A stretch of DNA of 64,000 nucleotides from Vermamoeba vermiformis. Its lineage: Eukaryota. A program made the translations under genes and the position numbers. The notes beneath the pieces are model-generated. The model saw only the letters and a program-made list of their open reading frames with translations. It made no database searches and was not told the DNA's origin. The number at the start of each line of letters is the position of its first letter. Position 1 is the first letter of the stretch. The stretch is from assembly GCA_045837725.1 (NCBI GenBank), contig JBEWZL010000138.1:1-64000 (forward strand), given 5' to 3'. Below are positions 12,331 to 26,269 of the stretch, in pieces.

Positions 12331-15300
12331 ATGAAGCGAGGAAAGGACGCGCTATTTGCGTGGTGTAAGGCTGTTACAGCTGGATATCGTGGTGTTGAAA
12401 TCAAAGATTTTCATATGAGCTGGAGAGACGGCTTAGGTGAGAAAAATAATAGGATTTTATGTGATTATATATTGATATTAATTACCGAGCTTAAATAACA
12501 AATGATTTCAATTTGATATTTCCGCTGATCTTTCAAACAGCTTTCTGTGCCATCATTCATCGCTATAGGCCTGATCTCATCAATTTCAATTCATTAAACA
12601 AAGATGAGCCGCTGAAGAACCACGAATTAGGTAATTTTGGCTAAATAAATCGAATTTTTTGGATCCGGTAATTACTTTTATTTTTGTAGCTTTTTCAGTC
12701 GCTGAAAGTCTTGGAATTCCTCCTTTATTGGATCCTGAGGACATGCTCGTAGCTCCTACTCCCGAGGTAATTATTTCTTAACATTATTATGCAATATTCT
12801 TCAAAGATGGGAAATCTCGTTCGCTATCACGTATTAATTATTAATATTTTCGTATTTATTTAGCCACTCAGTGTTATGACATATCTATCGCAATTTTTCC
12901 ATTATTTTTCTGGTCAAAAAGGAGCAGGCATAGCTGTCATAAGTCATACCGAAGATACGAGCCCGAGTGCATTTGCTTTCTCGAGACCTGATGCGAATAA
13001 TAATACACCTGCTCCCGCTGCTGGTAAGAACATATTACATTTTAATAAGATTATTAATCTCGAGCAATTACAAAAAGTTCTCAGAAGATTTTTTTTGATG
13101 CGTATTTTCGATTCATTGTGTATGTATTCTTAGGCCCTGCAAAAACTGCCTCTAGTACCAATACTACGGCACCGCCTCGCACAGCGAGTAATGCACCTCC
13201 GCCATCGCGTGATACGCGCACGGAGTCTGCAGCAACGCGTCCAACAGCGACCCCAGCAATACCAAAAATCAATACAGCCCTCACTAAACCAGAAGCACCA
13301 GTTGGAAATAAATCACCTAGATTGTCTCACGGTGGCTCGATTGCTGAGACGGAGGCACCAATTTGTCAAAAGTGTTCGAAGCAAGTCTCGGGTCAAACCA
13401 TCGAATGGATGGGCAACTTGTATCATAAGGTAATCATACTTTATTTACTTAATAAGAAATTAAGCACCTAATACTAATTCTACTATGATAGGAATGTTTT
13501 GGCTGCACTACATGTAACAAACAGTTCCGCAATAATTGCTTGAACATTGATGGCAAACCGTATTGCGAAGGATGTGGTCGTAAAGCATTTATCGCTTCAA
13601 AACTTGCAAAAAGAGGCGGAGGAGACTCGAGTCCAACGACTTCTTCGGCTACTTCTACCACGAGCTCAGCAAGTACAACACCTGCAAGCAAGCCAAGCAC
13701 TACAGTCGATAACAGAACAGCTTCAAGTTCAGTTTCAACGAATGTTCCGCCGAGATCTGTTTCTGGCTCAGTTTCAACGGTGCCGCGTACAGGATCGAAT
13801 GTCGGATCTAGCAACACGACGAGCGCAAATAGACCGTTGAATATTATTGAACAAGAAGCACTTCGCGAACAAGAACGAGAAAAAGAAAGAGAGTTGGAGC
13901 GACAAAGATTGGCAGGAAAGAGTGTTAGTGACACTGAACGAAAGAAACGCGAAGAAGAGGAGCGCAAGAAGCGTGAGGAAGAAGAAAAACGAAAGCGTGA
14001 AGAAGAGGATAGAAAGAGACGCGAGACTGAAGAAAAGCGAAAACGTGAGGAAGAAGAGAAAAGAAAAACTTTGGAGGATGAGCGAAGGAAACGTGAAGAT
14101 GAGGAACGTAAGAAGCGTGATGAAGAGAACAAGAGAAGAACATTAGAAGAGGACCGTAGGAAGCGCGAAGAAGAGGAGCGTAACAAACGTGAGGAAGAAG
14201 AGCGAAAACGACGCGAGGAACAAGAAAGAAAGCGTCGTGAAGACGAAGAAAAGCGTAGAACTCAAGAGAACGACGCTGCAAAGAGACGAGAGGAGGAAAG
14301 AAAACGCGCTCTTGAAGAGGAGAAAAAGCGCAAAGAAGAAGAGGCACGCAAGAGACGTGCTATGGAAGAAGAAGAAAATCGAAAACAACCGCAACTCGAA
14401 GAAGACAGGCGCCGAAAGACGCTCGAAGAAGAGACTAGAAGACGCGACGAATCAACGACTGTTAGACCTCGCTTTGTCACTGCAAGTCAAGCCACTCCAG
14501 AGGCGCCACAAAACGAGGCTAACAAAGTCTTGCAAGCCATTGAAGAGGCACGAAGGAAGAAAAAAGCGGAGGAGGAAGAGAAGCGCAGACAACGTGAAGA
14601 ACAACGATTGAAAGCAGCTGAAGACGAGCAGCGTAGACGAGCTGAAACAATTCGTCGTCGCGAAGAAGAAAAGAATAAACGCGAGGAAGAGGAGCGCTTG
14701 AGACGTGAACTGGACGAGGTCAAACGAGCTACCAGTGGCAGTGTCGTTAGTCCCAGAAAACAAACGACAAGCGAAACAGACCTACAACGCAAAGCACGTG
14801 AAGAAGAGGAGGAGAATGAGCGCATTAGAAAACAATTAGAGTTGAAAAACCAGGAGATTATGCGACTGAACGAAGAAAACGAGCGAGAAGCCGCGAGATT
14901 GCGCGAACGAAGATTATCACGAAACACTTCACGGAGCACGTCAAAGTAAGTTTCATTCCTTATTCTATCATTTCACTTAACATACTTATTTTAGGAGCTC
15001 TGGATCCTTCGAACGCGAGAAAACTGAACAAGACAAGATCGAAGCAGCGATCCAGGCAAGAAAGCAGAGCGAGTTAAGACCAGTTCTGGGCAAGTGGGGA
15101 GACAGTACGAGCTCAGACTCGTCGGTTCCTGAGTGGCAATTGCGTGCCAAATCTGTGCAAGAAAAGTACCGCACCAATTCGGAGCTGCCAACTGTCAACA
15201 ATAATTATAGCAATGCAAGCAACAATAACAATAATCAGGATATGAACTACTTTAAGGCCCAGAAGTATAGTAACGACCTAGATGAGGAATTTGATAGAAA

Positions 15301-16327
15301 GATTAATAAGCGACAAACGAGGTACGCAAATTTGACCGCACAACGCGATCCACATCCGCTAACAAAATCTTTTTAGAGTTCGCAATTTTGTTTGGGAAGA
15401 CTTCTTAGAGAGCAACAAGTTAAAGGTAAGTAATATAGATTACTAATTCATCTTAAATAATTAATGTTTTGCGTAGGGCTTTATGTTGAAACGAGATCCA
15501 AACGGCATTTTCGGTGGCAAATGGCGACGAAGATATTTCGTGCTTCGTGAAGCTAGATTATTGTATTATAGACAAGAGCCCCCTGCTTCCAGCGTCGGAA
15601 GTACGTAATATTAATTTAACTAGATCTTCGTACCGGATCTAACTTTCAGTTTTTCAGTGAACCATCCTCCCTTGGGTATCATCTCGTTGCAGTATTCTTC
15701 TGCTATTGAACCTGAAGGCAACGGCAAGATTAAAATTGTTACGCCGGATCGTGTTTGGCGATTGGATGCTGGAAATAACCAAGAGCGCGAGAAGTGGATC
15801 AAGGGTTTGAAAGAAGCAAAAGAGATTTACGGCCTCGTTAAGAGCAAAATTGACGAACAAAACGTTCCTATCTACGGACCTAATTATGAAGCGGTAAGTT
15901 GTCAAAGATAGCCGGAAGGAACAAAGAAGCGGATCTGATCAACTTTTTTCATACAGAGAAAAGAAGGCGTTTTGCAACGATACAATGCTATCTATATTTG
16001 GGTAGAGAATTATTTTACGTTACAAGACGGAATTTTATTCTATTTCGCGTCCAAGGTAGGTTTAAGACTTCGCGTACTGGATCAGATCTCCATTGCTAAA
16101 AATTTAAATTTTAGGGTGCTAACCAAAAAGGACGAGTGCCATTATATGACGCTAAATTCGAAGAATATTCAACAAAATTCTCGTTCAAGATTGTATGGAA
16201 AGAAAACGGCAAAAAGAACGAAATTATTTTGGCGGCAAAGAACGACGAAGAAATGCAGTCTTGGTGCACGGCTTTGTTGAAGCAGAAGTTGCTTATTGAG
16301 GATACTATCAATTCGATTGAATTTTAG
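12331..16327 (+). CDS. Cytoskeletal scaffold: CH (MICAL/EHBP1-type) - LIM - long ER/K helix - PH - PH
   Basis: [49 protein letters not shown] (CH); CQKC...[12 protein letters not shown]...PYCEGC (LIM); EEEERKRR repeats; GFMLKR...[10 protein letters not shown]...EREKWIKGL (PH1); [12 protein letters not shown]...[10 protein letters not shown] (PH2). Confidence 0.88.
13850..14920 (+). repeat. ER/K-rich (single alpha-helix-like) coding repeat
   Basis: Purine-rich repeats encoding (E4-R/K3-4)n, e.g. [24 protein letters not shown]. Confidence 0.85.
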
Positions 16328-16656
16328 TCCCACAAATATTTTGGATCTGTACGAACCATTGTAAATAGACTTCAAAACCTTTTAAGGTGTCTTCTTTATT
16401 TAAATTTCATCAACTAACCATTCATTTGAATAACTCTTTCAATTTAGAATTGGCGAGTTATGGGTTGGCAGATCTCGTTGTTGAATCACGAGCGAATTGA
16501 GTCAGTTACCTTATTTGGCAAAGTCCGAGCACAATTGGATGACTTAGCAACGCGTTGTCACCATGGCGCTGTGAGGCAACAGCTCGGAATTAGCAAGAGT
16601 AGCGTTAGAGACAACGAATAGTATTTATCCGCTGGTCTTAAAGCTGTATAGTATTA

Positions 16657-18466
16657 TTAATTATTATTATGGTACATTGCACCAAGGAATTCTTTTTCTG
16701 CCGCTTCCAACCAAACCGTTGATGGATTTGGATTTGTGATCCACGGATGTTCAAAGGCAGCTTTTAGCGTCAATCTTTGCAGAGGATCTAACAGTATCAA
16801 ATGGTTCACAAAATCTTTAGCCAGATCAGAGATTGGTGTGTTTTCTGGCCATGTGAACTCGCCTTTGCAAATTGCATCGTATTCTACTTTCCAATTTGGA
16901 CCATAAATTAGGACCCGCAAGTATAGACCAAATTCCTTTATAACAGACTTAATGGCAATTATTGGTTGATAGTTGCCTGGCTAGTGATAGCTTCAGGCGC
17001 CATGAAAGAAATGTGAGGTATTCCAGTGGAGGGTGGAATGGCGTATCTGGGCATGTAGCGTTCCATTTTGAGTTCAAACTGCAAAAATGATTTAAATTAA
17101 CTTTCGTACTGGCACTAAACTTATTGTAATTAATTTAATCTTCAACAAGTCACTGACCGAATTTTTTATCGCTGAAATTCTCGAGACGTCAAGCATACCT
17201 CATATTATTATTGAGTATTCCTCTAAGCTTAGAAGATTGAAATGTATTGGAGGTATAAAAATTTGGATCTAGAGCGAATGAATCTTACCCAATCACCACA
17301 GATATCAGCCACAAAAGACGTATCGTTCCAGTCTCCAACAACAATATTTTGTTCTTGTAGCGTTTTGAGTGCGTTCATCATTTGTAAAATAACGTTGATA
17401 ATTTTCTTCTCGGAGTAGACTTCCATATTCGACAATTTTCTTTTATCGAAAATCGCAAAATATTCTTCGTTAAACGATTCTTCTAATAGGATATAATCGT
17501 ATTCTTCGTCTTCTAAGAATTTTGGTGCGAGAACGAGATTAGATCCGTCATTGAATTCTATCGCTCTTTTTGACCAAAATTCTTTTGACGCCTTTCGGCG
17601 GTATCTTTTTTGATTTTTTTCGAATACCAATACTAGGCCATTAGGTAACTATTATAATATGTATTATAAGAGCGTTGGTATTGAGTTAATTTGAAAATAG
17701 GTACCTCGTGGCGATTACTAATTATTATATTATAATGATATTTCTCGTTTTGTGTTGTCGCTAATCTATTTAAATGTTCCGCTGAACGAATAAAATAAAC
17801 TCCGCCTCGTTGCAAAAAAAATTTGAAGTAATCGCCTAACACAAAAAAACCCTGTTACTATCCTATATAAATACCTATTAACATCATACCTATTGCGTGC
17901 AAGGGATAATTAGGCCAATATTGCTGACATTTAACGCGCCATAATTTTTGACTTCGTAAAATCTCGCACCAACTTTTGTTAACAGGCTGAAGACTACAAA
18001 AACGACTTCAGTATGTCTAATAAATAGTATAATATATATTAAATCATCGTACCTTATTATATTGATGACGTCTAAGCGGCTGAATATCTCGAGTATTAGA
18101 TCCATTGGTAGATGTGTCAAATAATTTGTCTCGGGCTCGACACCATCTGCGTTACTATCAACATTATGCTGATCTTTATGTTCATCGGCTGTGTTAATAG
18201 TAATATTTTGATCGTTGGTAGCTAAGGGCTCGTTGTGCTGAGGACGAGACTCGATCCTTACAACAAACTTAGTACACACCAAGATACTGCAGAAAAAATA
18301 TAGAAACAATCTAAAATAATTTAAATCATTATCAATTGCTCTGAAGTAATAGTTTTAAATAAACCGACCGCTAATAGAGCGACAATTTGTAAAAAATTAA
18401 ATGATTAATTCCAAAATCTTACTTCTGCCTTTTGCTTCGTGATTTCTTTGATGATGACTGACCCAT
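16657..18466 (-). CDS. N-myristoylated F-box protein fused to a degenerate CAMK-like kinase domain (pseudokinase)
   Basis: MGQSSSKKSRSKRQ; F-box LTHLPMDLILEIFSRLD...VNKSWCEILRSQKLWR; kinase remnants FLEDEEYDYILLE, QMMNALKTLQEQNIVVGD, FMAPE, ISDLAKDFVNHLILLDPLQRLTLKAAFEHPWI. Confidence 0.8.
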
Positions 18467-18758
18467 CACTAAAATTTACATTGATAGTACGAACAGTGAT
18501 TCGTTAAATTGAGTAAGCAAAGAACTTCAGATTTGATCGGTTTTCGAATGCTAAGCCACGAGCTATAGTACCTTAGTTGCTCGAAGATGAGGTTATAATT
18601 AGCTCTACTAACGTTCAATCTTGAACAGGACTCTATGTTGTCATTGATTGTGTCAAATAAATAAAAAAGTATCAAGTTTTCTGATCGATCAACAACAAAA
18701 CTTTTTGCTCGGTCATTTTCGTTCTATTTTTATTACGCTGACACCCTTCAGCTACAAT

Positions 18759-21700
18759 ATGAGTATTATTTTGATCGTATGCATTGTTGGGTTGATAGCA
18801 GGCTTGTTATTTGTGACGTTTAAACGCAGATTTACTTCACCACCTTCAGAGACAAAAGAGGTCACAAAAACACCGAAAAAATCAGCTAATACACGTATGT
18901 TAATATAATTATATATTTTACGATTTTTTCTAATTTATTCGTCGACCAACTATTTTCAGATCTGCTTTTTTTTTGCGTGTAATTAATTATTAATGATGCA
19001 TTAATTGGTATAATTCATCTAATTTATATGAAGCTAGTTATCATATTATTTTGGTTTACCAGCAAATTACGTTGTAATAATTCATCAATTTACGCGGGTT
19101 TTTCCTCAGATGTGCTCTGGAGATTAGAAACAGGTGAAAAGGCACCAATAGAATTAATAGCAGGTGAAAAGGTACGTTAGAAACGATTTTTATAGCCTTA
19201 GAACTTTTCCCAACTTTTCCTCCTCGATCTGCGTTCTGCCTGAAAATTTAGCTTATCATTCCAAGAAAACATTAATATTTAATTATTTTATGAATAGAAA
19301 GTATTATGTCTCGTTCACAAGACCCCTTCTATTGTGTCACCGGGATCTCCTTTCGGATTGAATTCTTCTTCCGATGCGATGAGCCCTGAAAAGACAGTAA
19401 GTCCCATATGGTACTCTATTAAATATTTATATTAATATTTTCGTATTAGCTCATGTCTCCTATTAATCTACTCGCGACTGAATTATTTTCAGTTCGGATC
19501 GAGGAATTACAATCGCTTAGAAGATCAACGCCGTCGCAATTAATCGGCTATAAATTCCGACGACCTCGATGGGACGGAGATTTAATCAAGATTGATTTGG
19601 AAGTCGAAGGTTTTGTGGCTGGAACTTACAATTTAATAGTCGTTACAAAACCGGATCATCTTCCGATCATTGACGGACAAATTAAAGCAACAGTAAAGCC
19701 AGGTAAATAGCTACTATATCATATATATTATATAAACATAATTATTATGAATGGAGAGTAATTTTTGTTTGATCTGGATCGAGATCTAATTTTTTTGTAG
19801 GCCGAATTGACGCGACAAATTGCACGTTACGCGGAATAACTCCGAATATCACTATTGAACGCGGAAAAACAACGAGTTTTACAATTTTAGCCAAAGACAA
19901 GTTCGGAAATGTTGTGAAATCTTCGCAGATCCAAAACGACAATGACGACAGCGACGAAGATGATTCATTATACAGCGGAGTATTATACGATGAAAAAGAA
20001 TTAGCGGAAAAAAGAAAAATGAAAAGTGCGATGAAGAAAGTGGCGCAATTAGAACAACAATTATTCGGCGTGTCAATTATTGAAGGACCAACTAAGGCCA
20101 ATATAAGCGTCAATTATAATAATAGCGATAGTGGCGCTAAACTCCAAGACGAGGATTATTGTCTCGTGAAATTCAAGCCGCTACAAACTGGTCATTACGT
20201 CCTACGCATCACCTATGATAAGCAAGAACTTTTTGAGTCACCATTGCACGTGTTCGTAGAGCACGGTATGGCATTAAATACAAGGTCCCGGCCACATAAC
20301 AAACCTTATTAATAATCCATTATAGGTTTGCCTACAAGAAGCAACACGACGGTCGAAGGACCGGGTCTGCAAATGAGCATTGAAGAAGATCCGCAAGCTG
20401 GAGGCATTTACAGATATTATATTACTCCCCGTGATGCATTTAATATGCCTACATCAAAGATGGCTTCAACGGACAACTTCAAAGTTTTGGTCGTGGATCC
20501 CGATGGCAATTACATCAATCCGGCCTTAACGTACAATAGGTACGTAGAACACTAATACCATCATAATATCTTATACTAATGTTGTATATAAAGGACGAAT
20601 AATCGATTCGCGTTCCAATTTAAGCCCAAGAAGGCTGGATCACACAAATTGTTCGTGGCCATATTGATCGACACGGACGAGACAGCCTTGAAAGAAGATA
20701 GCGAAGAAGTATCATTTGCTGAAATCAGATCGAGTAGTAGAGTATTTGAGATCGATAGTGATAGCGAGGAAGAGATTGTAGGCGATGACGAGGTCGCTCA
20801 AAATGTGTTCGAGACGTGGTACCCGAAGAAACAAAACGTCAAGGGCAGTCCTTTTGAGTTCAGTGTGTTGCCTGGTACGTTCAATTTAATAGCCTAAATA
20901 CGTTTTATTCTAATCACCTCGCTAGGTGAATTGTATCCGAAGCACACAATTGCTTACGGCCTCGGCTTGTCACAAGGAGTAGTTTCAAATTCAGTACAAC
21001 GAACTTTTGAAATTCAAGCTAAAGACTATTACAATAACAAACTGACTTATGGTGGGGCCGAATTAGTGTAAGTACAAGTCAAAAGCTATTTATAGTAAGT
21101 TTACCTAATGTCGTTGTTAGTGTTCGAGTTGAAGACCCGTCCAAAGAGAAAGTTCCGGCGAATTTGAAAGACAACGGCAATGGCACGTACACTGTGGCCT
21201 ATTACGCGACTAAAGCTGGCACGTACAAAATCTACGTGACGTACAACTCAACGAATATCAATGGCAGTCCCTTTGTGTGCAAGGCTTTGGCAGGTAAGTC
21301 CTCTCCGTATCTATTACACAAAAACGCGTCTAATAATTGCTTTATAGAAAATTCGACGGATCCTGCGCACAGCGAGATTAAACTGAAAGCGACAAAATCG
21401 CCCGTGAAACATTTGCCAGCACACTTGGCACATCACCACGAGACTCATCCTGACGACATTGTAGTCATCGCTGGCGATGTAAGTATAGCACCCCCTTGGC
21501 TCGAATGCAATCATGCTAATATTTCCTAAAAAGGAAATTGTGTTGTCGGTACAAAGTTGCGATAAGTTTGGTAATCGCATGGTGTCTGGAGGTGACCAAT
21601 ATACTCTCAGCTGTCATCGTATTGAAATTCAACAAACACCTTCATCGCCAATACTCACCGCTGAGCAGCCTAAGAAAAGAAAAGTCGATGAATTTGAATT

Positions 21701-24700
21701 AAGTAAGAAATACTCGATATTGCCTATTTTGGCTAACAATGTTTCGTAGATGACAAGAGCAATATGTTCAGAAATCAAAGTCCAGTTCAACGAACACTTA
21801 ATCCAACACGAATACCAGTACCTAACCCTCACTATGAAGTTGTTGATCATTATAATGGCGGCTATTCGATCAAATTCCAAGAAAATATCGCTGGATTCTA
21901 CGTCGTTAGTATAAAGCAGCGTGGCGTAGAAATCAAAGGTTCTCCATTCAACATCAGAATTCTGCCTGGTACGTTCATGAATAATAGTCGAAATTTCCTT
22001 TTATGGCAAGAGACTGACAGGATGACCTAGGAACCGTTTATGCCCGTGAATGTACGGCTGCTGGTGAAGGCTTAGATGAGCCTCAAGTAGGCAAGGAAAA
22101 GAGTTTTGTCATCACTTTGCGTGACAAATTTGGCAATCCTACGGCACTTGACGCAGAAAAATCAGTGCCGTTAGTGAAATTCACCAATGACAACGTGTTC
22201 AACCCGCACACGACGTACTTGGGCCACGGCAAGTACAACGTGAAATATACTCCGTTGTCGGTGGACTCAGTACGCTTGGCCATCTTCATCCATAATTCAT
22301 TGATCAAAGATTTTCCGAGAAATATCAATGTCAAACCAGGTGTCACAAATGCATTAATGAGCGCGATCAATTTAACGTAAGAAAAAACTTTTTTTGCAAC
22401 TATTGAGCTAGCTCCATCCATTTCTTACCAAAATGAGGACCTGTTGTATATTAATATTAATATTAATATTGGTTGTAGTAAACTCGTGCAAAATCTCAAG
22501 TGCGGTGAGTGGATCTCGATCGGGTTCAAAGCAAAAGACGAATTTGGAAACGACAAAACGACAGGCGGTGATCCGTTCGTAGCTGTATCAGGTAACTTTT
22601 CATGAATACGCAGTTCACGAATAAGATGCTTAACGTGTCTATTTTTAGATCCTCCACGTGGTTTGGACTTGCAAGTTATGGACTTACAAAAACGGCAATT
22701 ACGAATTGAAGATGTGTCCGAGAATCGCGTACCAGAACTTTTCAGTTCATATCAAACTCGGCGACCAAGACATTCACGGCTCACCTTTCACAGTCACATC
22801 TGAGCCTGGCAACACGACTGACGTTCAAATCGTGAAAATTGAAAATAATCGTGTTGGTGAACGATGCACTTTTGAGTTTGTAGCCAAGGACTCTATTGGA
22901 AATGAAAAGGTATGAATGATGTTTTGTATTAATAGGTCCCTAGTAGATACTGATACGACATTTTATTCGTAGAAAAATGGAGGAGATAATATTATTATGA
23001 TGCTGAAAGGTGTCGCTGTGCACAGCAAAATTTTCAATCCGAACGTGCCAATCTCTATCAAAGATATGCAAAATGGCCATTACATTGGATCATTTACGAG
23101 CGTATTAGCTGGAAACTACTCGATTGGCGTGTACAAAGTTCAAACGGCCGCCAATCCCGAGCCTGTATTTTTGAAGAGTGTTGAAGTACCATTGTTTGCA
23201 GGTAAGTAACGTACATTTAAACAATCGAAAAATCAACTTATAATCTCTCCAACCAATCTTAAATAAGCTTTTCTAACTGTTGGTTTGCAGGTGAAATTGA
23301 GCCGTCAGAAAGTATCGTGATCAAAGACGAACAGACTTGGAAGCCAGAGATGCAAATTGACGGACGAGAGGCCTCATTCAAGAAAGAAGTATTCATTGTC
23401 TGCAAAGATAAGTGGAAGAACTCTTCACGTGTCAAAGATGAGGGTCAGTTCAATAATTTTTCACTGAAAATATATCATGTCAATCTAATCCAATTTTTTT
23501 CACAGAACATTTGAAGAGTTTGAAAGCCAAGGCAGAAATTTGGCGGGCACTTGATCCCTCTCCTTACGCTACCAACAACAACAACAATCAAGTCGAGTAC
23601 GATGTTTACGGCGAATGTGCCTTGTCGGTGCACAAATCAGGCATCATTAGTACAAAGATTGATGTCGCGGACATTGGCAACTATCAACTTCGCGTAGAAT
23701 TTGGCGGCAAGCCAATCACTCAACCGCCATTAAGTTTCAAAATCACGTCGGGACCCATTGACCCGACTTGTTGCGTCGTCAAAGGAAGAAAAATCTTGAC
23801 CGGTAACGAAGCCAAAAATGGCGATCTGCAAATAGAAGCACGTGACAGACACGGAAATAGAATTACATCTGGAGGTAAGTCTTTGCAAAAATTTATCGCT
23901 GTGATAAAATTGACCAATCAAATTCGTTTGCAGGTGCGAAATTCCGTGTTACTATTGATTCAGCCGAGTCAAGTTTTGCACCGTTCGATCAAACCACACT
24001 GCCCAAACATATTATCAACGACAATCAAAATGGAACTTACAGCATCTTTTACTCGCTGCACAAGCCTGGCAAATACATCATTGAAATCACGTGCAATAAT
24101 GTTCCGCTGAGAGGTTCTCCCTTCGAGATCAGCGTGTCCCCAGGTGTGATTTTTTTGCAATTTTTTCACGCGAAAATATCTGATCAACCTTTTTTTCCGG
24201 TAGAATTTGCCAATTTGGACAGCAAGCGAAAATGGATGGAAAAACAATTGCAAGACGCTAACAAAGACATTGTCGGTCAAAATAACTTGGCGGGCCCTGT
24301 CTTCTTTGCACCAGGTGACGCAGGATTTTTAAGTCTTCAAGTGCACCGCGACAGAGTGTTTCAAGATTCGTTCGATAGATTGCAATTGCGTGGCGCTAAA
24401 GACTGGAAAAAAGAATTCAAAATTCAGTTTGTTGGCGAGCCTGGAGTCGATGCTGGTGGCGTGTCAAAAGAATGGGCCACGATCATGTCCAAGAAAATGT
24501 TTGACCGAGATTACGCTCTATTCACGCACCCGAACGAAAAAGCCGTTGATTTTCAACCGAATCCTTTGTCCTCCGTTCATGTAAGTACTTGACACGATGA
24601 CACTTTGACGCGTGAAAAATATTTATGACACGTGTCACCTATATTTTTCACAGATATTTAATCTCATTTTTGTAGCCCGAGCACTTAGCCATGTTTGAAT

Positions 24701-26075
24701 TCGTCGGAAAATTCATTGCCAAATTGATCTTTGACAACACGCTGCGAAAGAAAGCGATTTTTATTCCCGTTCATTTCACCAAGTTCTTTTATTCAATCAT
24801 TCTTGGCCGAAAAGACGAGAATAACGTACGTATATGATGCCTAAAAATTAATGAAATATTGAAATTTTTGGTGCAGATCTCGCTGGAGGACATGAAGGCC
24901 GTGGACGAAGATGAATACCGAAGTTTAGTCAGTTTTCTTAACAACGACGTCTCTGACCTCGAAATGACATTCACAATGAGCATTGATCAATTTGAACAAA
25001 AGAAAGAAATCGAATTAGTGCCTGGAGGCAAAGACAAGCCCGTCAATAACTTCGTAAGTTCGGATCCAAAAAAAAAAATTCCAAAAATAATTATTTTTTT
25101 AATTTAAATTTATTTTAGAACAAACAACAATTCGTCGAGTTGAGATGCCAATGGAAGTTATACAAAATGATCGAAAAACAAGTCCAAGCATTCTTGAAAG
25201 GATTTTACGCCATAGTCCCGAAAGAAATGATCTTTGTGTACAACGAAGAAGAGCTGGAGCAGCTGTTGTGCGGCAGACCCGACATTAGCATTCAAGAACT
25301 GCGCGAGTCAGCGCAATACAAGGGCGGCTGGAATAAAGACGACGAACAGATCAAATGGCTTTGGGCGTTTTTGGGTAAGTAGCAAAACTTTTCCGATTGA
25401 ATTTTATGGCCACTTGTAAATTGGCGTGGATCCTTCGTTCACTGAAAATCAATATTGGACGGGCGTTTCATAATGCTTGCCTGCAAATTGATACTTTAAA
25501 ATGTATTTCGAGGATCCGTTTGTCTTGTCGCAAATTGACTAAATAAGGAAATGTCAATATCATATCTTGGGATCAATTAAAAATTTATGCAAAAATCCTT
25601 ATTTTAAGAACCATATATTATACATGGTCTAATTAATCATATTTGCAGAATCGCTATCGAAGGAAGATAAAGTTAATTTCGTCAAGTTCGTGTTTGGCTT
25701 CGAAAAGACACCGCTCGATGGGTTCAAGTAAGTTTTTTGTTCGATAACGCATTGCATTTTCATGAACGATTGTTTCTGTGAACGGATAATTGACATGACA
25801 TGTACGTTAATCGAACTTAACAATGAATTTAATTTTTAGATCGTTGAATCCAGCCTTTTCTATTATCAAGACTGAAGGTCAAGATTCGTTGCCCAAGTCA
25901 AGCACATGGTACGTAGATTTCTTATTATTATTATAATAATTAATTTTGTATTAATTTTCTTGCTTTGATTAGCTTCAATCAATTCAAATTGCCGTTGTAC
26001 AGCTCACCTAAGATGTTGCAAGAAAAAATAACCAAAGCCATTCGCGAAGCAAATGAAGGTTTTGGATTTGCATAA
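18759..26075 (+). CDS. HECT E3 ubiquitin ligase with N-terminal TM anchor and about 9-10 filamin/ABP280 repeats (AREL1-like architecture)
   Basis: MSIILIVCIVGLIAGLLFVTFKRR; repeated 'DKFGN...GG', 'DNGNGTYTVAY...GTYKI...INGSPF'; HECT FKIQFVGEPGVDAGGVSKEW, LPKSSTC|FNQFKLP (catalytic Cys split by an intron), EGFGFA*. Confidence 0.92.
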
Positions 26076-26269
26076 AGATCCGGATGTCAAATGTAAATAA
26101 AACAATTTGGGTCATAGCTTGGAAAGTTCTTAGGACTAATCAGGACAGGTAAGTTATATTCAAATGTCCGAAAAATATTCCTAACTAACCTCACGACGGA
26201 GAAGATCAAATGGATGCAGAAAACCTTAAAATGTCAACAAAAAATAATTTAATAACATTCAATATTCAT

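Noticed and set aside
13449..14939. Long minus-strand ORFs (245, 150, 140 aa) rich in S/F/L/R
   Set aside because: Antisense shadows of the ER/K repeat exon.
17585..17705. Possible frameshift in the pseudokinase N-lobe (YWYSKKIKKD vs KASKEFW frames)
   Set aside because: An alternative upstream donor (A|gtaatc) restores the frame without an indel; cannot be resolved without RNA.
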